Shown here: one piece after another, positions 26,450-40,105 of the stretch
Numbering within the stretch: position 1 is the stretch's first letter
How the letters are laid out: each line of letters begins with the position of its first letter
Assembly (NCBI RefSeq): GCF_963921235.1
Contig: NC_086097.1
Location: forward strand, 171,618,001-171,682,000
Origin: Mobula hypostoma
Taxonomy: Eukaryota
Direction: 5' to 3'
DNA length: 64,000 bases
Notes under the pieces: model-generated
Told to the model about the DNA's origin: nothing
Database searches by the model: none
Seen by the model: only the letters and a program-made list of their open reading frames with translations
Program-made: the position numbers and the translations under genes

Positions 26450-27775
26450 CAACAGCAGATGCTATTGCATTGGCTCTTCACTCAGCAGTGGAATATCTGG
26501 AGAGCAAAGTGCACACATCAGGATGCTCCTTATCAACTACAGCTCCATATTCAATATCATCATTCCCTGAAAACTAATCAATGAGCTTCAAGACCTTGGC
26601 CTCAATACCCCCTTGTGCAAATGGATCCTTGGTTTCCTTACTTGCAGACTGCAGTCAGATCAGATTGACAACAACATCCCCTCCACAACCTCCATCAGCA
26701 CAGGTACACCATAAGACTGTGTGCCTAGCCCCCTGCTCTACTCCATTTACACTTATGACCATGAGGATAAGCACAGCTTCAATATCATATTGACGTTTGT
26801 TGACAACCCCACTGTCATTGGCTGAATCAAAGTTGCTGATAAATCAGCACACAGGAGGGAGATTGAAAAATCTGGCTGAGTAGTGCCACAACAACAACCT
26901 CTCACTCAATGTCAGCAAGACAAAGGAGCTGATTATTGGCTTCAGGAGGAGGAAACCAGGGGTCTATGAGCCATTCCTCATCATGCGATCAGAGATGAAA
27001 AGGGTCAGCAACTTTAAGTTCATGATCACTTCAGAGGACCTTTGGTGGGCTCAGCACATAAGTGCAGTTATGAAGAAAGCACAGAAATGTCTCTACTTTC
27101 TTTGATGTTTGCAAAGATTCAGCATGGCGTCTAAAATCTCTACAATCATCTATAGATATCTGGTGGAGAATATGTTGATTGGTTTCATCATGGCTTGGTA
27201 TGGAAACACTATTGCTCTTGAATGGAAAATCCTGCAAAAAGTAATGGATACAGTCCAGTCCATCATGGGTAAAGCTCTCCCCACCATTGAGCACATCTAC
27301 ACAGAGCACTGTGGCAAGAAAGCAGCATTCATCATCAAGGACCTTTACCACCTGGGGCATGCCATCTAGAAGAAAGTATAGAAGCCTCAGGACTTACACC
27401 ACCAGGTTCAGGAGCACTTACTGTCTATCAACCATCAGGCTCTTGAACCAATGGGGATAACTTCACTCAACTTCACTCGCCCCATTTCTAAGCTGTTCTC
27501 ACAAAATACGAGCTCACTTTCAAAGACCCTTCATCTTATGTTCTCAATATTTATTACTTATTTATTTATTATTATTATTATTTCTTTTTTTATTTTGTTT
27601 TTGTACAATTTGTTGTCTTGTGCACATTGGTTGTTTGACCATCCTGTTGGGTGCAGTCTTTCATTGATTCATTTATGTTTCTTAGATTTACTGAGTATGT
27701 TCGCAATGAAACAAACCTCAGGGTTTATATGGTGTCATATATGTACTTTGATAATAAATTTACTTTGAACTTGGA
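26450..27775 (+). mobile_element. Rex1-like LINE RT 3' half, decayed
   Basis: ORFs 26581..26793 and 27109..27369 (AWYGN...LQKVMDTVQSIMG); tail aataaatttactttgaac. Confidence 0.85.
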
Positions 27776-28374
27776 ATTCTCAGACAAATACTCCAGGTAA
27801 GATTGTTAAGGTCATGACAAAAGCATCTCCGCTTCTGGCTGGAAATAGAATTTTCACTATCTGCAGCCTTAATTTTTTCACAAAATCCCACTGTTAAATA
27901 TTGAATGAACAGCTCTGAGGAAGTACTACATTTAGAATCTTAAAGTCATAGAGTACTACAGCACAGAATCAGACTATTTAGTCCACTTAATTCTTGCCAA
28001 CATAGTATTCTGCCATCTAGCAGCACCCACACCATAGATCTCCAAATCCTTCCATCCATGTACCTATCTGGATTTCTCTTTAATGTTACCCATTGAATCC
28101 ACATCTACTACTTCCCCTAACAATTCATTCCACACTCGCACCACAGTCTAAGTGAAGAAGATCCACCTCAGGTCAGATTCCACTGAAGTATTTCTACCTT
28201 TCACTGTAAGCAATGTTCTCTAGCTCTAGACTCACCCAACCTGAAGGGGAAAAGCCTGCACACTTTCACTCTGTCTATACCTCACGATTTTGTATAACCA
28301 AATGCATTTTAGAAATCTGTGTCCCTGTTGAGGAGCCATTCCAGTGTATATTTCTTACAATTGGATCAAAGCTC

Positions 28375-28745
28375 AGAGGTCACCGAATCCGGAGGTTGAA
28401 GCCCAAGTGCGGCAATTCCAAAGTGAAAACCTGAAAGTTAAAGTGCTAGGTTGGTGAGTCCGAAGGTCAGAGACCCAATGTCTGCAAGACTGGGGTCATG
28501 ATCTGGAGGTCAGAGGCCCAGAGGCGTCTTGAACTGGGTTTGGATGGCCTCCTGCATATGTGATGGGTAACTTGAAAAGGGGTTGGTTATGATATTGTTG
28601 CTTGTCGTATGTTAACTGTGTGTTGTTCTGCTGAACATTGTGAGAATGCTATGTTGTGGGCTGTCCCTGGAATATTCTCATATTGTGTTGGTTGTTAATG
28701 CAAACTCCACGTTTCAATGTGCATGTGATTAATAAATAAATATCA
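28375..28745 (+). mobile_element. Non-autonomous retroposon fragment
   Basis: tgttctgctgaacattgtg...gctatgttg block shared with 50520-50680. Confidence 0.5.
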
Positions 28746-30764
28746 TCTATGATTCGCTTAGTACTGCTTCAGATTGTGTCGGCCCTCTACTTTGCACTCG
28801 TCATTGTATTTCTTGTTATATTTGTTATTACCATGTATAGAGTTTACTTTGTGAGCTTCATTTGAGCAAACAATTCCATTGCACCCTGGTGTAGGTGACA
28901 TTAAACTAAACTGAATCTGTATCGTTCCAAGAATAATTAAGGAGGCAGTTAAGAATCAGCTGCATGTTTAGCTACAGTGTTTCATATAAACCAGACCAAC
29001 AAAGGAGATAAGATTTCATTCCCTAATGAATCTGATGGGTTTTAAAGAGAAATCCAGCAGCTTTGTGATTACAATACAGATTTTTTAGTCAATTCTGGAT
29101 TGGTTCATGGATGATGGCTGATGGAAAGACAAGTGACTGTAAGTTGGTTGGTACTTTGGCCATTGTAACTCTCCTGTTTACAGTGAGGCAAGTTGATAGG
29201 AAAGTGGGGATATGGTTAGGGTAGGAATTGTGTAAAAATAGGTGCTTAGTGATTATCACTGTTCCCTCTATCAGTCTATGACTCTATTAGTGACACCTCT
29301 CCAGAAATGCAGGGAGTCAGCGGAATTAAGTCCATAAACTCAGAGGAGAAAAGCTAAACAACTTTGCTGAAGTTACATAAAGATGAATTAAAAGTTAACT
29401 GTGAACTTCTCTAAGGGTTCAGTTGATATTAACCTTTTTGAGGATTCTTTGTGCATTTGATACCAACTGACCTGCTGAAGTCACCATCCTACTTTATTAT
29501 AGCACTGAGAAATGCTCCCACCCATATGTTATTCCCTATCTAATCATAGATTCCACAATATGAAATGAAAGTGTCTTGGCTTTGAAAGTGACACGTACTT
29601 CAGAATTTGCAGGGCATGACCTGCAGGATTATTTATTTTTGGATGATATTAATACTGGGGCTACGTGTCTGCATGAAGAAAATTGCCAAAGAAACACAAC
29701 TGGGAGAATAAGAATATAAGTGGGTCACTGACTGTGACATTTCGTGGACAGATATGCTTCCTCTCGCTTGCTCTAGACATCTCTTCATTATCAGAGACAG
29801 AGTACCGAGATACAACCACTGCAGAGGAGGCAAGATCATTTCCTTTTGCTGAGCACTTTGCTTCCCTTGGGTCACTTTACCAGCCGTTCCATTTACTCTG
29901 ACAAGCATCCCCAGTGGCATAATCTCACTTGTGACCAACTGCAACACAGAAATCTTTTGCCTTCAACAAAGCTTATGCACTGAAAATTCAAAAGACGCAA
30001 TGGTTGTCGCATTAACCTCCAAACTACTTGCAAAGATAAGAGGAACTTTGTCCAAGTAATTCAACAGAAAGAAGCTAATATGAGCCTGCTCCACCAATGG
30101 ACTCTCTCTCTCTCAAAGTTTACTTCTGGTCAAAGGGTACAGGGATATTGATTCCCAACATGGAAGGAGATTGCAATCAGACCATCTCTTTTGAAAATGT
30201 ACTTTAAACTTGGCAAGCTCGCCCTATTATTCCTTATAAATAATTCATATATACTGTAATTGTGATCATTTTAACAAAAGAAGGTTTTGTTGCAAAAATC
30301 CAATCCAACTAAGTACTGCTCCATCAGAGATAGCTTTACTGGTGAAGACATGCCAGTGGCTGTACTTCATTAGGAGATTAAGGAGATTTGGTAAGTCACC
30401 AAAGACGCTATCAGAAGTACAACCCTTTCCGCCATTCAGGACAACTTCAAAAGGAGGTGCCCCAAGAAGGCACACCCATCAGTAGCAGCCATCGCCATCC
30501 GGGATGTGTCCGCTTCTCATTGCAACCATCAGGCAGAAGGTACAGGAGCCTGAAGATCCACTCTCAGTGTTTTGAAAAGCGCTTTTTCCACTCTGCCATG
30601 AGATTTCTGAATGGTCCATGAGCTCATGAACATTACTTTGTTATTCCTCTTTTGCTCGGCTTGTTCTTTTATTATTATTGTAATTTATAGTAACTTGTTC
30701 TGCCTGCACTGCATTGCTGCTAAAGAACAACAAATTTCATGGCTTACAGTATGACGGTAACAAA

Positions 30765-32106
30765 AGAAACATAGAAACATAGAAAATAGGTGCAGGAGTA
30801 GGCCATTCGGCCCTTTGAACCTGCACCGCCATTCAGTATGATCATGGCTGATCATCCAACTCAGAACCATGTACCTTCTTTCTCTCCATACCCCCGATCC
30901 CTTTAGCCACAAGGGCCATATCTAACTCCCTCTTAAATATAGCCAATGAACTGGCCTCAACTGTTTCCTGTGGCAGAGAATTCCACAGATTCACCACTCT
31001 CTGTGTGAAGAAGTTTTTCCTCATCTCGATCCTAAAAGGCTTCCCCTTTATCCTTAAACTGTGACCCCTCGTTCTGGACTTCCCCAACATCGGGAACAAT
31101 CTTCCTGCATCTAGCCTGTCCAATCCCTTTAGAATTTCATACGTTTCAATAAGATCCCCCTTCAATCTTCTAAATTCCAGCAAGTATAAGCCTAGTTAAT
31201 CCAGTCTTTCTTCATATGAAAGTCCTGCCATCCCAGGAATCAATCTGGTGAACCTTCTTTGTACTCCCTCTATGGCAAGAATGTCTTTCCTCAGATTAGG
31301 GGACCAAAACTGCACACAATACTCCAGGTGTGGTCTCACCAAGGCCTTGTACAACTGCAGCACAACCTCCCTGCTCCTGCACTTGAATCCTCTTGCTATG
31401 AATGCCAACATACCACTTGCCTTTTTCACCGCCTGCTGTACCTGCATGCCCACTTTCAATGACTGGTGTATAATGACACCCAGGTCTCATTGCACCTCCC
31501 CTTTTCCTAATCGGCCACCATTGGGATAATAATGTTTTCCTGTTCTTGCCACCAAAGTGGATAACCTCACATTTATCCACATTAAATTGTATCTGCCATG
31601 AATTTTCCCACTCACCTAACCTATCCGAGTCACCCTGCATCCTCTTAGCATCCTCCTCACAGCTAACACTGCCACCCAGCTTCGTGTCATCCGCAAACTT
31701 GGAGATGCTGCATTTAATTCCCTTGTCTAAGTCATTTATATTGTAAACAACTGGGATCCCAGCACTGAGCTTTGCGGTACCCCACTAGTCACTGCCTGCC
31801 ATTCTGAAAAGGTCCCGTTTATTCCCACTCTTTGCTTCCTGTCTGCCAACCAATTCTCTATCCACATCAATACCATACCCCCAATATCGTGTGCTTTAAG
31901 TTTGCACATTAATCTCCTGTGTGGAACCTTGTCAAAGGCCTTTTGAAAATCCAAATATACCACATTCACAGGTTCTCCCCTATCTACTCTACTAGTTACA
32001 TTCTCAAAAAATTCTATAAGATTCGTCAGACATGATTTTCCTTTCACAAATCCATGCTGACTTTGTCCGATGAATTCACTGCTTTCCAAATGTGCTGTTA
32101 TCACAT
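30765..32106 (-). mobile_element. CR1 family B, second copy, inserted in the tail of a Rex1-like fragment
   Basis: Aligns by eye to 20576-21917; the host Rex1 3' end (30340-30762) resumes as ataaacctgattctgattct near 32105. Confidence 0.93.
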
Positions 32107-32619
32107 AAACCTGATTCTGATTCTCATTCAGTCCACTATCAATCTTCAGCACAGGGATTGGTGATGCCATTACCAATGGCATCAAAAGGCAATTCTTCAC
32201 CATTAATCTGTTCACTGGCTTTGTCAAAAGTAAGGATATAGAAGACTTTGACAGGGTGGAAAAGTTCACCAGATAACTGACTGGATTGGAGAGCAAGTGC
32301 TTTAAGAAAAGGTTGGACAAACTTGGATTGTTTTCTCTGGAGCATTAGAGGCTGAAGTTTATAAAATTATTAGAGGCTTGGATAAGGTAGACTAAACAAT
32401 CAGAATGTTTTTCCCAGAGTAGATATGTCAAGTGCTACTATAAGGCATAAATTTATGCTGTGTAACTTTAAGGTTTAAGAGAAACTGATGGGTAAATGTT
32501 TTACTCAGACTGTGGTAGGAGCCTTGAATATGTTTCCACAGATGGTGGAGGAAGCTGATATAATTGTCATATTTTAAAGACATTTAGACAGGGACATGAG
32601 CATGCAGGGATGGAGTCTT

Positions 32620-33458
32620 ATCAACCTGGCACTCAACATCAGTAAGACTTAAGAGCTGATTGTGGACTTCCGGAAGGGTAAGACAAAGGAACACGTACCA
32701 ATCCTCATAGAAGGATCAGAAGTGGAGAGAGTGAGCAATTTCAAGTTCCTGGGTGTCAAGATCTCAAAGGAGCTAACCTGGTCCCAACATATTGATGCAG
32801 TTATAAAGAAGGCAAGACAGCAGCTATACTTCTTTAGGAGTTTGAAGAGATTTGGTATGTCAACAAATACACTCAAAAACTTCTATAGATGTACCATGGT
32901 GAGCATTCTGATAGGCTGCTTTACTGTCTGGTATGGGGGGGGCGGAATTTGGGGGGGCTACTGCACAGGACCGAAAGAAGCTGCAGAGGGTTGTAAATTT
33001 AGTCGGCTCCATCTTGGGTACTAGCCTACAAAGTACCCCGTACATCTTCAAGGAGTGATGTCTCAGAAAGGCAGCATCCATTATTAAGGACCTCCTGCAT
33101 CCAGGGCATGCCCTTTTCTCACTGTTACCATCAGGTAGGAGGTACAGAAGCCTGAAGGCACACACTCAGTGATTCAGGAACAGCTTCTTCCCCTCTGCCA
33201 TTGTTTCCTAAATGGACATTGAACCCGTGAACACGACCTCACTTTTTTAAAATATATAGTATTTCTGTTTTAAGCACAACTTTTAAACGATGCAATATAC
33301 ATATGCTATAATTGATTTACTTACTTATTTATTATTATTATTTAATGTTGTGTTTTTTTTCTTCTGTATTATGTATTGTATTGAACTGCTGCTGCTAAGC
33401 TAACAAATTTCACGTCACATGCCGGTGATCATAAACTTGATTCTGATTCTGACTCTGA
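32620..33458 (+). mobile_element. Rex1-like LINE 3' part inserted in a CR1 3' end (about 32300-33570)
   Basis: ORF 32662..33024 (VERVSNFKFLGVKIS, KKARQQLYFFRSL); (GATTCT)n tail. Confidence 0.88.
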
Positions 33459-33859
33459 TGTGGATCATTTGCAGACAGACAGGTTAATAGGTTAAGTTTA
33501 ATTTGATATCGTGGTTCAACACAGACACTGTGGGCTAAGGGGCTTGTTCCTGTGTTGTTCTGCTGTTCTACATCCAATGTTCAATAAGTATTCCATTGAA
33601 CTTGTATTCCAGTGGTTGGGGTCATATTGTGCATCACAGCAGATGGTTGTATCTGCTAGAGATCGTTTTTCCCAGACCCCAAAAATCACTGCAGTTCCTC
33701 AGGGCAGTGCCTGGAACCGACACAACTGTACTTGTTTTGTCAATGACCTGCCCTGCATCGCAAGGGCAGGAATGGGGATGTTCACTGATGTTTGTGCCAT
33801 GACCATTTCTATTTGCAGCTTCTCTATCAATGAAGCACTCCATATCTCTTAAGCATACT

Positions 33860-34130
33860 TTCTCTCTTGTTCCTCTTGCTCTCTCTTCTCTTTTCCCTCT
33901 CTTTCTCAATCCCCCCTCTCTTCTTTTCTGCCTCCCTCTCTCCTGCCTCTCTCATCCCCTTTCACTCTCTCTCCCTTCCTTCCTCCCTCTCCCATTCCCT
34001 CTCCTCCCCCCACCCTTACACACTCCAACTTGTTCCTTTTTACTCACCCCATCTTGGTTTTCCTTCTCACACTGTCCCATCCCCTTCAACTTTCCTCAAC
34101 TTCCTCTTACACAACCCACATATCCCTTGA
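33860..34130. repeat. CT-rich low-complexity tract
   Basis: Pyrimidine-rich + strand. Confidence 0.85.
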
Positions 34131-37100
34131 TTCCCTGAAGCCCCACTGCTCACCGCTTTTCAGCAATTCAGATTTCACAGCTTTCTGAGGTGGAGAATTC
34201 CAATGATTCACATCCCACTGTCTATACTTCTAGACTCAGTAAAACAGCCAACATAATCAAAGATCCTACCCATTCCAGACATTCACTCTTCTCCCACAGG
34301 GCAGAAGATACAAATCCTGAAAATACATTACACCAGGCTCAAGGACAGCTCTTATCCCACTGTTGTAAGAGTATTGAATAGTCCCCGTATATGATACAAT
34401 AGATTTTTGACCTCACAGTCTACCTCATTGTGACCTTGCAGTTTATTGTTTGTCTGCATTGCACTTTTTCTCTACTCTAATACTTTATTAACCAGTGTAA
34501 TAACCATATTTATTTTACTTTATTATTAACCATTTTAATTGGATAAGATGGTACCAATAAGTGGTGACACTTTATGTGCAGCTTTGATGGGAATCATCAA
34601 ATATCCTATTTAGAACTACTACAGCTGAAATCCAAAGTCACAGCCTTAGGTATTTCAGTTAGCAACATTGCTTTAAGGTGTTTAAAAAGCCTATCGATAC
34701 TCAAAATCGATGGATCCTGGACTAAAGACTCAGGTTGGTTGCAGTTCCCCTTTAAGAAAATGAAAGCGGATTGGCATGCTCAGTTGAAATGCTAAGGCTT
34801 TAAACCTACTTCTAACTATGCTGCTGGAGAATGTGCAGTCTCTGGAAAATAAAACTGAAGACCACAGAGCAAGATTATAGTACCAGGGGGACATCAGGGA
34901 CTGCTGAGTACTTTGCTTCATGGAAACATGGCTGTCCCCCATCATTTCAGATGCAGCATTGCAGCCTGATGGGTTCAACGTTCTCCGTAAAGATAGGCCA
35001 TCTCAGCATTTTAAAGATAGAAGAGGTGGAGTATACTTTATGAATAACTCATCGTGGTACACAAACGTGGTGGATCTGTCTGTGTCCTGCTCACCCGACC
35101 TGGAACATGTAGCAGTCAGTGTCATCCTTCTTATCTGCAGAGGGATCTTTCCACAATCATCTTGATGGAGGTGTACCAGGCCAATGTCAGGCAGATACTG
35201 GAGGAACTGAGAACTGTAATCAGTAGGCATGAAACAGCATACCGCGATGCCTTTCCTATCATTGCAGGGGATTTCAACCAGGCCAGCTTGAAGAAGTCTT
35301 TGAACATCTACCACCAACATATCACCAGTAGAACCACGGAAGCTAACACACTTGACCACTGCTATACCACCTTCAAGAATGCTTATAATGCCATCCCTCA
35401 CCCATACTTTGGGAAGTCCGATCACCTGGCTGTTCATCTGCTCCTAGCACCAGTGGTGAGGACCAAGAAAGTATGGTCAAGAGAGGCAGAGGAGCATTTA
35501 CATGACTGTTTTGAATCAGTGGACCAGACAATATTCAGGGATTCATCTTCAAATTTGAATGAATATACCATAGTTGTCACTGACTGCATCAAGACCTGAA
35601 TGGATGAATGTGGGCATTCAAGAACATAATAAACATACCCAACCAAAAGCATGGATGGCCCATGAGATTCATAGTCTGCTGAGGACTGGATCTGTGACAT
35701 TCAAGACCAGTGATCCAGAACTATACAAGAAGTATAGCTGGTGGATACAGAATTGGATGCACGTCAACTCTGGCAGGGTTTGCAGGCCATACTTCTTACA
35801 AAGAGACACCCTCCTACATTGTGATGGATGTGATGCTTCACTCTCAGATGAGCTCAATGCCTTTTATGTACACTTTGAAAGAAAGAATTAAACCACACGT
35901 GTGAATCCCTGCAGTATCTGGAGACTCTGTTACCACTGTCTCGGAGGCCAACGTCAGAACATCTTTGAAGAGGGTAAACTCTCTCAAGGCATCAATTCTT
36001 GATGGTGTACCTGGTAGGATTCTGAAAACCTGTGCCAACAAACTGGTGGAAGTGTTCCAGGTTATCTTCAAACTCTCACTGCTGCAGTTGGAAGTTCTCA
36101 CCTGCTTCAGAAAGCTCACAATCATACCAGTGCCAAAGAAGAACAGGGTGAGCTGCCTCAATGACTATAGCTCAGTCATTCATATCTATTTTGATGAAGT
36201 TCTTTGAGAGATTGGTCATGGCTAGAATCAATTCCTGTCTAAACGAGGACCTGGACCAACTCCAGTTTGCCCTTCGCCACAATAGGTCTGCAGTGGATGC
36301 AATCTCATTGGCATTGGATCACTTAGAGAATAGTGATATTAATAGTAATACATACATCAGCTGCTGTTTATTGATTATAGATCAGCGTTCAACACAATAA
36401 TACCCTCAGTTCTAATCAACAAACTCCAAAACCTGGGCCTCTGTAACTCGCTCTACAATTGACTTCCTCACCAGGAGACCACAGTCTGTGTGTAGCAGAA
36501 GTAACATCTCCTCCTCACTGACAATCAACACTAACGCACTTGAAGAATCCGTGCTTAGCCCTCTACTCTACTGTTCCTGCACACATGACTGTGCGGCTAG
36601 GCACAGCTCGAATGCCATCAATAAATTTGCTGATGTCACAGCCATTGTTGGCAGAATTTCAAATGGTGACGAGGTGGTGTACAGGAGTGAGATAGATCAG
36701 CTGTCTGAGTGATGTCATAACAACAACATGCACTCAACGTCAGTAAGACCAAGGAACTGATTGTAGACTTCAGGAAGAGGAAATCGAGGGATCACTGGTA
36801 GAAATTGTGAGCAGTTTCAAATTCTTGGGTGTCAACATCTCTGAAGATCTGTTGATGCAATTGCAAAGAAGACATGATGGTGGCTATATTTCATGAGGAG
36901 TTTGAGGAAACATGGTATGTCACCAAAGACTTCCATAAATTTCTATTGATGTAATGTGGAGATCATTCTAACTGGTTTCATCACTATCTAGTATGGAAGG
37001 GTCACTACATGTGAATTGGAAAGAGCTGCAGAAAGTTGTAAACTCAGCCAGCCCCATCATGGGCACCAGCCTTCAAAGCATTAGTACATCTTCAAAGGGC

Positions 37101-37179
37101 AATCCTTCAAAAAGGTGGCATCCATCATTAAGGACCACCATCACCAAGGACATGCCCTCTTCTCATTGATACCATCACT

Positions 37180-38142
37180 TGTCAGATCACCTGACGGTGG
37201 TAGGAATCGACTCCCTCACCTCTGCCCCTCTGACCCTCAACACAGGTGCCCCTCAGGTTTGGTGTACTAAGCCCCCTCCTTTACTCTCTGTATACCCCTG
37301 ACTGTGTCACCACCCACAACTCCAATCTGCTAATTAAATTTGCTGATGACACGACACTGATTGGCCTAACCTATGATAATAATGAGGCAGCCTACAGAGA
37401 ATAAGTCACCATCCTGACACAGTGGTATCAAGAAAACAACCTCTCCCTCAATGTCGCAAAACAAAAGAGCTGGTTCTGGACTACAGGAGGAATGGAGATA
37501 GGCTAGCCCCTATTGACATCAATAGATCTGGGGTTGAGAGAGTGAACAGCTTTAAGTTCCTCAGTATAAACATCACCAAGGATCTCACGTGGTCTGTACA
37601 TACCGGATGTGTGGTGAAAAAGGCACAACAGTGTGGGTGTGGGCCCCCAGATCATAAGGGTTTTCTATAAGGGCACAATTGGGAGCTTCCTGACTGGCTG
37701 CATCACTGCCTGGTACGGGAACTGTACTTCCCTCAATCACAGGACTCTGCAGAGAGTGGTGTGGACAGCCTAGTGCAGCTGTAGAGGTGTTCCCACTATT
37801 CGGGACATTTACAGAGACAAGCGTGTAAAAAGGGCCCGAAGGATCATTGGGGACTCGAGTCACCCCAACCATAAACTGTTCCATCTGCTGCCATCCGGGA
37901 AATGGTACCACAGCATAAAAGCCAGGACCAACAGGCTCCGGGACAGCTTCTTCCACCAAGTCATCAGACTGCTTAACTCATGCTGAAACAACTTATATTG
38001 ACTGTCCTGTTGTACATACTATTTATTATAAATTACGATAAACTGCACATTGCACATTCAGATAGAGAAGTAATTTAAGGGTTGTTACTCCTCGTGTATG
38101 TGAAGGATGTAAATAATGAAGTCAATTCAATTCAATTCAATT
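37180..38142 (+). mobile_element. Nested Rex1-like LINE with (TTCAA)n tail
   Basis: Restarts at the TGAPQG region and KFADD inside the host 3' end; ORF 37422..37670. Confidence 0.85.
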
Positions 38143-38189
38143 ATGGAGGAGGTACAGGAGCCTGAAGACACACACTCAATATTTCAGGA

Positions 38190-38526
38190 AGACCATAAGA
38201 TAAAGAAGCAAAAGTAGGATGTTTGGCCCATCAAGTCTGCTCCGCCATTCAATCATGGGCTGATCCGATTCTTCCAGTCATCCCCACTCCCTTGCCTCCA
38301 CCCCATACCCTTTGATGCCCTGGCTAATCAAGAACCAATCTGTCTCTGCCTTAAATACACTCAATGACTTTGCCTCCACAGCCACTCGTGGCAACAAATT
38401 CCACTGATTTACCTCCCTCAGACTAAAGTAATTTCTCCACATCTCAGTTCTAAATGGGCGTCCTTCAATCCTGAAGTCGTGCCCTCTTGTCCTAGAATCC
38501 CTACCATGGGAAATAACTTTGCCAAA
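38190..38526 (-). mobile_element. Nested CR1 3' end
   Basis: gaccataagata tail and ctaatcaagaac...gccttaaatacac block similar to 16805-17090. Confidence 0.8.
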
Positions 38527-38606
38527 GGTAATAGCTTCTTCTGAGTAGACAACGAATACATGAACACTACCTCACTATTATTTTCCTCCTGTTTTGCACT
38601 TGTTTT

Positions 38607-39513
38607 TCAGTCATATAGGAGGGAGATTGAACATCTGGCTGAGCGGTGCCACAGCAACAACCTCTTACACAATGTCAGCAAGACAAAGAACCTAATTATT
38701 AACTTCAGGAGGAGGAAACCAGAGGTTCATGATTCGCTTCTCATTGGAAGATCAAAGGTGAGGAAGGTTAGTAACTTTAAATTTCTTGACATTATCACTT
38801 CAGATGGCCTGTCCTGGGCCCAGTACATAAGAGCAATTATAAAGCATACACAGCAGCATCTCTACTTCCTTATGAGTTTGTGAAGATTCGAAATGAGAGC
38901 TAAAACTCTGAAAAACTTCTATAGATGTGTAGTGGAGAGTATATTGATTGCATCACAACCTGATATGGAAACACCAACGCCCTCGAAAGGAAAATCCTAG
39001 ACAAATAGTGGATATAGCTCAGTACATCAACGTACGTGGAGCGTTGTCACAGGAAAGCAGCATCTATCATTAAGGACTCACACCACCTAGGCTCTTCTCT
39101 CACTGCTGCCATCAGAAAGAACCTATGGAAACCTTAGGACTCACACCACCAGGTTCAGGAACAGTCATTAACCCTCAACCATCGGGCTCTTAAACCAAGG
39201 GGGATAACTTCACTCAACTTCACTTGCCTCATTGCTTAAAATATTCTCACAACCTTTACACTCATTTATCAGAAACCTTCATTTCATATTCTCAATATAT
39301 ATTGTTTTTTATTTATTATTATTTCTTTCTTTTTCTGTTTGCTTACTTTGCTGTCTTTTGCACATTGGTTGTGTACCCAGTTAGAGTGGTCTTTCATTTA
39401 TTCTATTATGGTAATTGGATTTATTGAGTACGCCCACAAGAAAATTAATCTCTAGGTTGTATACAGTGACACATAGGTATTTTGATAACAAATCTACTTC
39501 AAACTTTGAACTT
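38607..39513 (+). mobile_element. Nested Rex1-like LINE 3' part
   Basis: ORF 38560..38883 (YRREIEHLAERCHSNNL, NFKFL); (CTTTGAA)n tail. Confidence 0.85.
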
Positions 39514-39532
39514 TGGATTTAATTTATATATT

Positions 39533-40105
39533 AGATTGGATTAGATTATGAGGACACACACTCTTCTTTTATTGTCATTTAGTAATGCATGCATTAAGAA
39601 ATGATACAATATTCCTCCGGTGTGATATCACAGAAACACAGGACAGACCAAGACTGAAAAACTAACAAAAACCACATAATTATAACATATAGTTACAACA
39701 GTGCAACAATACCATAACTTGATGAAGAACAGGCCATGGCACAGTAAAAAAGTTCAAAGTCTCCCGAAAGTCCCACGTCTCACGCAGACGAGAGAAGGAA
39801 GGAAAATCTCCCTGCCATGCCTGACCACAGTTGGACTCTGAGTCGTCCGAAAACTTTGAGCTCTGATCAGCCCTCTGACACCGAGTACCGAGTGCCATCT
39901 CTATCTGAACGCTTCGACCTCAGCCTCGGTCGCCAGCAGCAAGCAAAGCCGCAGATTTTGCGGCCTTCCCTCCGGAGATTCTCGATCGCACAGTAGCAGC
40001 GGCAGCGAACCGGCATTTCAGAAATTTCTCCAGATGTTCCTCTGTGCTTTCACGTCTGTCTCTTTCAAATCAGAATTGTCCACGGCCCCTATTTAACAGA
40101 TACGA
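39533..40105 (-). mobile_element. Non-coding retroposon, long CpG-rich copy with (CTAAT)n tail
   Basis: First ~220 bp match 17096-17327; the rest is CpG-rich and has no RT motifs. Confidence 0.7.

Noticed and set aside
31736..32320. 194-aa ORF with a novel N-terminus fused to RT
   Set aside because: Chance read-through from flanking DNA across the CR1 5' truncation point near 32106.
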